64,000 bases of DNA from Candidatus Latescibacterota bacterium (GTDB lineage: Bacteria > Latescibacterota > UBA2968 > UBA8231). Made by a program: the position numbers and the translations under genes. The stretch covers positions 416,001-480,000 of the forward strand of contig CBDCXV010000001.1 of NCBI GenBank assembly GCA_965223905.1, written 5' to 3'. Shown here piece by piece: positions 56,289 to 64,000 of this stretch (its first letter is position 1; every line of letters begins with the position of its first letter). Under the pieces are notes generated by a model. It was not told where the DNA came from. It made no database searches and saw only the letters and a program-made list of their open reading frames with translations.

Positions 56289-57346
56289 AAGCGGTATTCG
56301 ACGACCTGTTCTGCTGGTCAGTGTTCAGCGAGCGCCGGCAGATCGATTTCAACGGCCATCTCTGGGTTCGGGAGGAAGGCAATGTCCTGATCGATCCCGT
56401 GCCGATGATCGAGTCGGACCTGCGGCAGTTCGACGACCTGGGGGGCGCGAAGTGGATCGTGGTGACCAACAGGGACCACCAGCGGGAAGCCGCCGCCTTC
56501 CGCGAGCGCTGCGGCGCGCAGCTCGTCGCTCACGGCGAAGATGTGGAGGGTATCGAAGCGCAGGTCGATCGCACCGTCGGCGACGGCGAAGAGATCGTGC
56601 CGGGGCTGCGGGCAGTGCACCTCCGCTTCGGGAAGAGCGCCGGGGAAATCTCCCTGTACTGGCCGGAGAAGCGGACCATCCTCGCCAGCGACCTCCTGGT
56701 CGGGGCGCCCGTGGGCCGGTTCTCTCTGTTGATGGACGAGGTCCTGGAAGATCCTCCGGCGGCCGCCCTGGAAGTGCGCAAGCTGCTGGCGCTCGATTTC
56801 GACGCCATCGTCGTCGGCGACGGTCACTCGGTCATGCGGGACGCCAGGGAGCGGTTGCTGGAGTGCCTCGAAGAGCGAACGGACATCTACATCAACCGGG
56901 TCAGCAGCAGTGATGCGGTCTGGACCCCCTGCTCGCGCCGGGAAGGGTATGCCTGGGACACCAAGGAGATCGACGCCCTCATCGGCGCCCGCAACCTCGG
57001 CTACCGGTTGATTCGCCTGCCGGCGGGCCAGTCGACCTTTCCCCTTCATTTCCACCATCGCGCCGAAGAGCTGTTCTTCGCCGTCGAAGGGGAATGCACC
57101 CTCGTCACACCCCGTGGCAACCTGCCGGTGCGAAAGGGGGATTTCATCGCCTTTCCGCCAGGACCTCGCGGGGCCCACAAGTTCACCAACGAAGGGGCCG
57201 AGCCCTGCGAGCTGTTGGCTCTCGGCGACCGCCGGCACGGGGACGTCGCCGAGTACCCCGACTCTGGCAAAATCAACTTCATCCGCCGGCCCGGACCCCT
57301 CATCTTCCGCAAGCGGGACGCCGTCGACTACTGGGAGGGGGAGTAG
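56285..57346 (+). CDS. MBL-fold plus cupin fusion protein
   Basis: N-part LIDP, TNRDH and VGDGH. C-part HFHHRAEE...GDFIAFP...AHKFTN...YPDSGK. Confidence 0.85.
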   Translation: MKAVFDDLFCWSVFSERRQIDFNGHLWVREEGNVLIDPVPMIESDLRQFDDLGGAKWIVVTNRDHQREAAAFRERCGAQLVAHGEDVEGIEAQVDRTVGDGEEIVPGLRAVHLRFGKSAGEISLYWPEKRTILASDLLVGAPVGRFSLLMDEVLEDPPAAALEVRKLLALDFDAIVVGDGHSVMRDARERLLECLEERTDIYINRVSSSDAVWTPCSRREGYAWDTKEIDALIGARNLGYRLIRLPAGQSTFPLHFHHRAEELFFAVEGECTLVTPRGNLPVRKGDFIAFPPGPRGAHKFTNEGAEPCELLALGDRRHGDVAEYPDSGKINFIRRPGPLIFRKRDAVDYWEGE

Positions 57347-58369
57347 GTGGACAGCTTCATCGTCGTTCACAATGGCTTCGACGGCGGCTGGCCCTGGGCG
57401 GCCGACCACTTCCGCGACCTGTGGCTGAGGCAGGGGGAGGTCGGATTCCGGCGCCTCGTCCACGGGGACGACCGCCGGCTCGCGGAGGTAGCCGGCGAAC
57501 ATGCAGTCTCGGTGGCCAGACTCGCCTGCCTCGGGGTGCGCGTCACCCTCGATTGCCTGGAGGCGTTTCCGTCGCTGCGGGAAGCGTCCTTCCAGGGCCC
57601 GCCCCACAGGCTTGGCGCCGAATGCGAGGCGGCGCTCGCCGGGAGGGGCGTCGCCCTGTACAGACAGCTTTCCGAGGGGTTCTGGGGACAGTCGGTCGCC
57701 GAATGCGGGCTGGCTCTCACCCTGTGCGCGCTGCGCCGCATTCCACAGCTGCACACCGGGATCGCCACCGGCACCCCGGACTGGGACTGGCGCCCGCCCG
57801 GAGGCATCGGCGCTCCGGGGCGGCGGGGGGCGCAGTACAGCGACGATTCGGCCTTCGCCAACGGCACCCTCGCCGGCAAGCGGGTGCGGGTGGTCGGCGC
57901 CGGCAACATCGGCAGCCGCTACGCGAGCTTCGCGAGCGCCCTGGGGGCCGAGGTCGCCGCCTGGGATCCGTTTGCCGCCGAACCCGCCTTCCACCGCGCC
58001 GCCGCCCGCCGCGAGCACCACCTTGCCCGCCTGGTGGAGGATGCGCAGGTGTTCGCCCCGATGGTTCCCCTGAGGGATTCCACTCGGGGGCTCGTAACCG
58101 CAGACCATATCGACGCCCTGCCTGCCGGCTGCCTGGTCGTTCTGGTGACCCGGGCGGGGATCTGCGACATGGGGGCGCTGCGGCGCCGGGTGCTCGTCGA
58201 CGAGCTGAGTCTGGCCGCCGATGTATTCGACCGGGAGCCGCTGCCGGCGGACGACCCGCTGATCGGCCGCCACAACGTCGTGCACACGCCCCATATCGCC
58301 GGGCGCACCGCCGACGCCAACCGCTCCTGGGCGGAGCACCTGGCGGACCCGTTTCAGCCGCGGGGTTGA
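57347..58369 (+). CDS. D-isomer specific 2-hydroxyacid dehydrogenase family protein
   Basis: SVAE, VVGAGNIG, VTRAG, DVFDREP and TPHIAG. Confidence 0.9.
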   Translation: MDSFIVVHNGFDGGWPWAADHFRDLWLRQGEVGFRRLVHGDDRRLAEVAGEHAVSVARLACLGVRVTLDCLEAFPSLREASFQGPPHRLGAECEAALAGRGVALYRQLSEGFWGQSVAECGLALTLCALRRIPQLHTGIATGTPDWDWRPPGGIGAPGRRGAQYSDDSAFANGTLAGKRVRVVGAGNIGSRYASFASALGAEVAAWDPFAAEPAFHRAAARREHHLARLVEDAQVFAPMVPLRDSTRGLVTADHIDALPAGCLVVLVTRAGICDMGALRRRVLVDELSLAADVFDREPLPADDPLIGRHNVVHTPHIAGRTADANRSWAEHLADPFQPRG

Positions 58370-58714
58370 CGGGTTTCCGGAGGTTTGGCTGCAAGCCTCT
58401 TTGCCTCCCAAACAGGCCGCTGGCTCAGTCCGGCTGCACGCGGACATCGAGGCAGGTTCTCCGGAGGGAGCTCCACCGCGGTCAAAAGGCGGACCGCGGC
58501 ACCCTTCACTTCCAGGCATCGACTGCTTGCAAACAGGAGTGGCACCGCCGAACTTCCCGTTCGCGCGGCAGGTTTCAGGCCGCTGCGGTTTGGATATTTC
58601 AACCAGCGGAAAAACAATGAGTTACAACGAAATATCCACCTGTGCTCTAGTGACCATTCCGGCCAGCAAACCAGCGGTTTCCAGCATGGCTGCCGGCAAT
58701 TCGATCCAGGGTTC

Positions 58715-60973
58715 ATGAACGGGATGCAATCGGCGATTCAGGGTCAGGAGCGGCGCAACCGGAAGCTGCTGAAGTCCGCCGGCTACCTCGGTGCGGAGGT
58801 GACCTCCGAGGTGCTGCCGCTGCAGATCGACGTCGGCTCCCAGGAGAGCCTGACCCGCGGGCAGGCCGATCTCCTCGAAGCGCTGCAGATCCAGTCGGCC
58901 TGCACGGCGATCCGTTCGCTCGCCTCCCTGGCCGCCATCGGCGAGCTCGATCACCTCGGCGGCGGTCTCGAGCTGATTCCCGGCCTGCTGCTGACGTTGG
59001 GCTGCACCGATTTCGAGCGCATCGAGTACACGATCGAGCACGCCCACACCAGCATCGGCTACTACGCCAGCCTCGCCACCTTCGGCTACGTCGGGGAAGA
59101 GGCGGTTGTCGAGGGCTTCCGCCGCGGCCTGGACTTTCCCGGGCACGTCTCCTGGCTGCCCGGGGGGACCCAGCTCAACGGCGGCCGTCTCGGGGTGATG
59201 ATTCCGGTCGCCGTGGGGCAGGCCCTCGGCAAGCGCGCCCGCCACGGCCGCGCCTGGGTAATCACCCACTGCGGCGACGCCGGCTGGGTGTCGGGGCAGG
59301 CGCTCAACGGGTTCAACGGCGCCGACGTCGCCGGGGCGCCGGTCACCTTTGTCATGCACCGCAACGGCATCCAGCTTTCGGGTGCGACCCACAGCATCAT
59401 GGACAAGGACCCGCGCCCGATCATCGAGGCGCTGGGGATCCGCATCATCGAGATACCGACCCTGCACGACAGCGCGCGGCTGTACGAAGCCTACCGCGAG
59501 GGGTACCGCATGGCGCAGGAGGGGCGGCCGAACCTGATCTTCCCGACCGGCTACCGGTCGCGCGACGGCGAGGTCGTCAACCTCGACTGGTTCGCCGCGC
59601 AGCATGGGATCAAGCGGGAGACCAGGAAGTTCGCGAGCGCCCACGGCGTCCCCATGGACCGGGAGATCTGGGTCCCCGGTTCGCTGATGAGCTATCGCGA
59701 CCTCGTCCCGATGCTGGAGTGCCTGTTTCTCGTCAACCGGCTCCCGGGTGGCGAGGGCCACCACGACGGCCACATGAAGGGCCGGGACGCCGATGAGGTG
59801 CTCTCCAACCCGATGTTCCGCGTGAAAAGCAGGCAGCGGAAAGCCCTGGCCGCGGCGACCGGCGCCCCGAGGCGGACGGTGGTCACCAGGGCGCGGCCCG
59901 AGGCCGGCAGCCCCAACCTCATCCTGTCGCGGGAGATCCTGGAGGCGGTCGAGCTTCCGGCGGCCGGGGAGAAGGTCAGTCCGCGCGCCGGCTCGGAGGC
60001 CGGGTACGCCGCGGTGGCAGAGGCGCACCCGGAGAACGTGTTCGTCGTCAGCTGCGATCTCGACGCCTCGACCAAGCTCGGCAAGGCGCGCGGCTTCCTG
60101 GCGCCCGACCACCAGTTCGAGATGAGCATCGAGGAACAGGCATCCGCCCTGCTCGCCAACGGGCTGGCGATGAGCGGCCCGCAGCCCCAGCTCAACGTCA
60201 TCTCCACCTTCGCCGCCTTCTTCGAGGGAATCGCCCGCGAAGGGTTCGACATGTGGCGCTACCAGCGCAATCTGAACGGCGTCAACGAAGGCCTGAACGT
60301 CACCTACCACCTCTCGCACGTCGGCGCCTGCACCGGCCGCGACCACTTTTCCGGGTGGGGACTGGACTGGATCAACGTCGGCCTTACCTACCTGCCGTAC
60401 CTGCATCGTTTCTACGCCCCCGCGGACGCGCGCGCGGCCTTTGTCGCGGTCCGCGATCTCGCCGCTCGCTACGGAGGACACGTGATCGGCATTCCGCGCG
60501 ACGAGCTGCCGATCCTCGACAGACAGGACGGCTCGGGGCCGCTGTGGCGGGCCGACGACGACTGGCAGCCGGTCACCCCGTACCGGACCTGCCCGGGAGC
60601 CAGGCGCGCCATCCTCACCTTCGGCGCACCTGCCTTCCTAGGGGCGGAGGCGGCCGCCCGGCTGGAGAAGAAGGGGGTGGCCGCCGACGTCCACATCGTC
60701 AACGGACTGCCGCTGTCGCCATCGGCTCTCGAGAAGCTGCTGGCCCCGTACACCGGCGGGGTGGTGACGGTCGAGGACGGATTCATCGGCACCCCACGGA
60801 CCGGCCTCCGGGGGTTCGCCGGTCTGGTCGCCGGCGCGGCGAGCCCCGGACAGCCGCGGGCGCACATAGGGATCACCGACCCGCGCATCGCCCCTTCCGA
60901 GGGGCACATGGAAACGTGGGAACACTTCGGCATCACGGCGCGGGCGATCGCTGCCGCCGTTGCCGGCATATAG
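58715..60973 (+). CDS. Divergent single-chain transketolase-like ThDP enzyme; start uncertain, possibly 58617 with a frameshift
   Basis: DHLGGGL, EHAH, FPGH, CGDAG...HRNGIQL, DLDAST, SIEEQ, STFAAF, SHVG..TGRDHFS and VTVEDG. Confidence 0.85.
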   Translation: MNGMQSAIQGQERRNRKLLKSAGYLGAEVTSEVLPLQIDVGSQESLTRGQADLLEALQIQSACTAIRSLASLAAIGELDHLGGGLELIPGLLLTLGCTDFERIEYTIEHAHTSIGYYASLATFGYVGEEAVVEGFRRGLDFPGHVSWLPGGTQLNGGRLGVMIPVAVGQALGKRARHGRAWVITHCGDAGWVSGQALNGFNGADVAGAPVTFVMHRNGIQLSGATHSIMDKDPRPIIEALGIRIIEIPTLHDSARLYEAYREGYRMAQEGRPNLIFPTGYRSRDGEVVNLDWFAAQHGIKRETRKFASAHGVPMDREIWVPGSLMSYRDLVPMLECLFLVNRLPGGEGHHDGHMKGRDADEVLSNPMFRVKSRQRKALAAATGAPRRTVVTRARPEAGSPNLILSREILEAVELPAAGEKVSPRAGSEAGYAAVAEAHPENVFVVSCDLDASTKLGKARGFLAPDHQFEMSIEEQASALLANGLAMSGPQPQLNVISTFAAFFEGIAREGFDMWRYQRNLNGVNEGLNVTYHLSHVGACTGRDHFSGWGLDWINVGLTYLPYLHRFYAPADARAAFVAVRDLAARYGGHVIGIPRDELPILDRQDGSGPLWRADDDWQPVTPYRTCPGARRAILTFGAPAFLGAEAAARLEKKGVAADVHIVNGLPLSPSALEKLLAPYTGGVVTVEDGFIGTPRTGLRGFAGLVAGAASPGQPRAHIGITDPRIAPSEGHMETWEHFGITARAIAAAVAGI

Positions 60974-60987
60974 ACAGGAGTCGAGCC

Positions 60988-61644
60988 ATGAAACGCATAC
61001 TCGTTGCGGCCGCCGCGGTCGGCATCGTCGCCGGGGGTTGCCAGGAAGAAGAAGGGACGACAACCGGCGAGGCCAACATGGAGGCGCTGATGAATCCGGA
61101 CGGCCCGGAGATGAAGAAGACGGCGCCGGCCTCTTACAAGGCGAAGTTCGAGACCTCTGCCGGCGACTTCGTGATCGAGGTGACGCGGGACTGGGCTCCG
61201 CACGGGGCGGACCGCTTCTACAACCTGGTGAGAAACGGCTTCTACAACGGCACCCGCTTCTTTCGCGTCATTCCGGGGTTCATCGTCCAGTGGGGGATGC
61301 ACGGGGACCCGGAAGTGACCGCTAAATGGCATGGAGCGAGGATCCCGGACGACCCGGTCAAACAGGGGAACGAGCTCGGCACCGTAACCTTCGCCAAGGG
61401 CGGCGGAAGGGACAACCGCACCGTGCAGGTGTTCGTCAACTTCGCCGACAACACCAACCTCGACGGCCAGGGATTCGCCGCTTTCGGGAAGGTGGTCTCC
61501 GGGATGGAGGCGGTTGAAGCGATCAATCCTGAGTACGAAAAGCGCACCCCCAACCAGGGGCAGATCGCCCAGAAGGGGAACAAGTACCTCGACAAGCTGT
61601 TCCCCAACCTCGACTACATCCGGTCCGCCAGCATAGTCGATTGA
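60988..61644 (+). CDS. Cyclophilin-type peptidyl-prolyl isomerase, probable lipoprotein
   Basis: WAPHGADRFYNLV, FFRVIPGFIVQWG and FGKVVSGM, plus a VAGGC lipobox. Confidence 0.93.
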   Translation: MKRILVAAAAVGIVAGGCQEEEGTTTGEANMEALMNPDGPEMKKTAPASYKAKFETSAGDFVIEVTRDWAPHGADRFYNLVRNGFYNGTRFFRVIPGFIVQWGMHGDPEVTAKWHGARIPDDPVKQGNELGTVTFAKGGGRDNRTVQVFVNFADNTNLDGQGFAAFGKVVSGMEAVEAINPEYEKRTPNQGQIAQKGNKYLDKLFPNLDYIRSASIVD

Positions 61645-62555
61645 GCGAAGCGGCGGTTCCTGCCCGCTACAGCGCCGAGCGCATAGGGGCCGGCGCCGCC
61701 AGCCTCGCCCTGCTCGCCTCCTTCCTGTGGGGAGGCAACCAGGTTTTCATCAAGATCGGGCTGCAGGGGATGCCCCCGCTGGCGATGGCGGGGGCTCGTT
61801 TCGCCATCGGCCTGCTGGTGGTGGGAACGGCTGCGGCCGCCTCGCGGGAGCCGCTTCGCGCATACCCGGGGGAGCGGCGGCAGCTGCTCTTCCTCGCCCT
61901 CCTCTTCCTGGTGCAGATCGGCCTGCTCAACCAGGGAGTCTTCCACACCACCGCCAGCCGCGCCAGCGTCGTCATCGCGGCGCACCCGTTCTTCCTCGCC
62001 CTCTTCTGCCACTACTTCGTTCCCGGCGACCGCCTCACCCCGCCCAAGGTCGCCGGCATTCTGCTCGCCTTCGCCGGCGTCGTGCTCGCCTTCGCCGAGT
62101 CGGTGTCGCTTGCCGACGCGAGCCACCTTTCCGGGGACCTGATGATCCTCGGCAGCGCCGTGCTGCTGGGACTGCGGCAGACGGTAATGAAGCGGATGGT
62201 GCGCGGCTTTCACCCCTACAAGGTGCTGTTCTGGCAGTCGCTGCTTAGCCTGCCGATGTTCGCCGCGTCCAGTGCCTGGCTCGAGGGGGACGCGGTCTAC
62301 GACTTCACCCCGGAGGTCGTCGTGGCGGTGCTTTACCAGGGGGTCGTGGTGGCGGGGCTCTGTTTCATTTCGTGGGTGTTCCTGCTGCGCCGGCACAGCG
62401 CCAGCCAGCTCGGGGTGTTCGCGTTCACGACCCCGGTAGCGGGGGTGGCGCTGAGCGCGCTGCTGGTCGGAGAGGAACTGTCCTGGATGCTGCTGGTGAG
62501 CATGGTCCTGGTGGCGTCCGGGATTGCGATCGCGGCGCGCGGGCGGCGTGCCTGA
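61641..62555 (+). CDS. DMT/EamA family transporter
   Basis: LWGGN, ARF and two repeats of five transmembrane segments. Confidence 0.9.
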   Translation: MSEAAVPARYSAERIGAGAASLALLASFLWGGNQVFIKIGLQGMPPLAMAGARFAIGLLVVGTAAAASREPLRAYPGERRQLLFLALLFLVQIGLLNQGVFHTTASRASVVIAAHPFFLALFCHYFVPGDRLTPPKVAGILLAFAGVVLAFAESVSLADASHLSGDLMILGSAVLLGLRQTVMKRMVRGFHPYKVLFWQSLLSLPMFAASSAWLEGDAVYDFTPEVVVAVLYQGVVVAGLCFISWVFLLRRHSASQLGVFAFTTPVAGVALSALLVGEELSWMLLVSMVLVASGIAIAARGRRA

Positions 62556-62842
62556 AGACCAGGCAGATTCCGCTTCCTCCCGGCTGGTTTCGGATCTGTC
62601 AGAGAAGGCTTGGCCGGCGGTATCCCATTGCTTCCACACTGATGCCTGAGCGATTCGTGCCCCGTGAGTACGGCGAGCGAAGCAAAGCCGCGAACCGGGA
62701 AAACAGACTGCGCCGAGTTCGCGGGGAATTCGCGTGCGCAGGCACCAAGGTTGCCTGTCTGCCGGGAGAAGACTTGGCGGCCCACGGTCTCCGGGTTGCG
62801 CTCGATTCGCCGAATCCTCGGGAGCGTCGGGCTCGCCCCGTT

Positions 62843-64000
62843 CTACCGCACCTTCTCCTGCAGCTCAGCCGCCCCGGGGACCGCTGAGAACACCCTCTCC
62901 TCCTCGGCGCTCATGCGGTAGTCCCGCCTCGCCACAACCCGGCGCGCCACCGCGAGGGCCCGATCCGCGTCATACGGTTCGACCCGGTCGCCGTCGATCC
63001 AGGTGAAGCTGGGCACGAACCTGGGGGGCCGGGCCGCGGCGACGCTGGAGCTGAACCCGACGACGGCGCCGGTCGGGAAGCAGACGCCGATCGCGGCCTT
63101 GGAGTGGTCCCCCATCACCATGCCGGCGAAACGCTTTCCGGTCTCCACCTCTTCGCCGTTGATCGGCACCCGCACCGTCCCGTAGGTGTTCTTGAGGTCG
63201 CTGATGGTGCAGCCGGCGCCGAGGTTGGTCCACGAGCCGATGTAGCTGTGGCCGAGAAAGCCGAAGTGCTGCTTGTTGCCGTACCCCTGCAGAATGGAGG
63301 CCTCGATCTCGCCACCGACCCGGCAGGCCGGACCCAGCGAGGTGCCGCCGCGGATTGCGGCGTGAGGCTGCAGGATGCTGCCGGGGCCGATGCAGGCCGG
63401 CCCCTCGATGTAGGCGTGCGGGCGCACGCGAACGCCGGTGTCGATGTACACCGGTCCGTCGCGGCTGTCGACGACCGTCCCCGGATCGAGCCGGGCGGAG
63501 CCGGCGACAAAGACATCCTCACCCAGCACCGTGACTCCCGGTCCGATCTGGCCGCGCTCGGAGCGGCCAAGGCCCAGCTGCTCCCACCCGGAGGCAAGGG
63601 CCTCGGGGTTTGCACCCACGATTTCCCACGGCCAGGAGAACAGCCGGCAGCGGTCGCCGACGTCGCGGCGCGGGACCCCCTCCAGCAGCCGGGAGATCGC
63701 GGCGTCCTCCTGCAGGCCTTCGGCGGCGAGGGCGGCGGTGAGCTCGGCATCGGCAAGGACAGAGGCGATGCCTCCGTCAGCCGCAGTGCCGACCCAGGGT
63801 TTTTCATCTGAGTTGCAGTCCGGAAGGGAAGACCAGAGGGCGCGGCCGTTGAGCAGCAGGGAAGGACCGGTCAGCCTCTCGTTGACCCCCAGGCCGGTCT
63901 GTTCCTTCACGAGGCCGGCGAGCCGGGGCCGGCAGGAAAGGGAGAGATCCGCGGCCGGCAGCTCCCGCAGCAGGGTGTGGACCCGGGACAGCAGGTCCCC
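62843..64000 (-). CDS. GlmU-like putative sugar nucleotidyltransferase with hexapeptide repeats, 5' end outside the window
   Basis: GPVYID, GNKQHFGFLGHSYIGSWTNLGAG..SDLKNTY and GDHSK. The frame stays open to the window edge. Confidence 0.87.
   Translation of the reverse strand, partial: GDLLSRVHTLLRELPAADLSLSCRPRLAGLVKEQTGLGVNERLTGPSLLLNGRALWSSLPDCNSDEKPWVGTAADGGIASVLADAELTAALAAEGLQEDAAISRLLEGVPRRDVGDRCRLFSWPWEIVGANPEALASGWEQLGLGRSERGQIGPGVTVLGEDVFVAGSARLDPGTVVDSRDGPVYIDTGVRVRPHAYIEGPACIGPGSILQPHAAIRGGTSLGPACRVGGEIEASILQGYGNKQHFGFLGHSYIGSWTNLGAGCTISDLKNTYGTVRVPINGEEVETGKRFAGMVMGDHSKAAIGVCFPTGAVVGFSSSVAAARPPRFVPSFTWIDGDRVEPYDADRALAVARRVVARRDYRMSAEEERVFSAVPGAAELQEKVR

Noticed and set aside
58370-58616. 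TPP riboswitch upstream of the ThDP enzyme
   Set aside because: Hairpins are present but the conserved CTGAGA and CCTGA..C..G.TAA elements were not found.
1-64000. CRISPR array, tRNA, rRNA, integrase or prophage genes
   Set aside because: None was seen by eye; the intergenic gaps are short and lack spaced direct repeats.

Overview
A gene-dense, high-GC bacterial window with no rRNA, tRNA, CRISPR array or intact transposase that I can recognise. A PorV/UPF0164-like outer-membrane protein, a GlmU-like sugar nucleotidyltransferase, several PQQ-like beta-propellers and an ECF sigma with a C-terminal extension suggest a diderm FCB/PVC-type organism such as Latescibacterota (inference only). The main feature is a tightly coupled + strand cluster of about 24 kb (12785-36882). 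It encodes three secreted PQQ-like beta-propellers, an EhpF/LuxE-like adenylating enzyme, an ALDH/LuxC-like reductase, an Fe-alcohol dehydrogenase and a HemN-like radical SAM enzyme. It continues with a TonB receptor, a PaaK-like ligase, a flavin halogenase-like enzyme, an SSS transporter, a CxxC-bearing GT4, a thioesterase and a LolD/FtsX-type ABC system. It has no PKS, NRPS or terpene core and matches no pathway I know, so it is the best candidate for an undescribed biosynthetic or cofactor system. A small lower-GC island (EcsC remnant plus PIN toxin module) interrupts it. The rest of the window holds dgcN-dgcA, a penicillin/AHL acylase, cfa, sthA and an ABC-2 exporter. It also holds small defence-like islands (PLD-Zn ribbon plus nucleotidyltransferase, DUF433/PIN pair, HsdR_N-type nuclease), an internally duplicated 826-aa unknown protein, an MBL-cupin fusion and a divergent transketolase. 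At least five genes carry single apparent frameshifts, several in homopolymers, which may be assembly errors. All calls come from motif recognition by eye; no searches were run.
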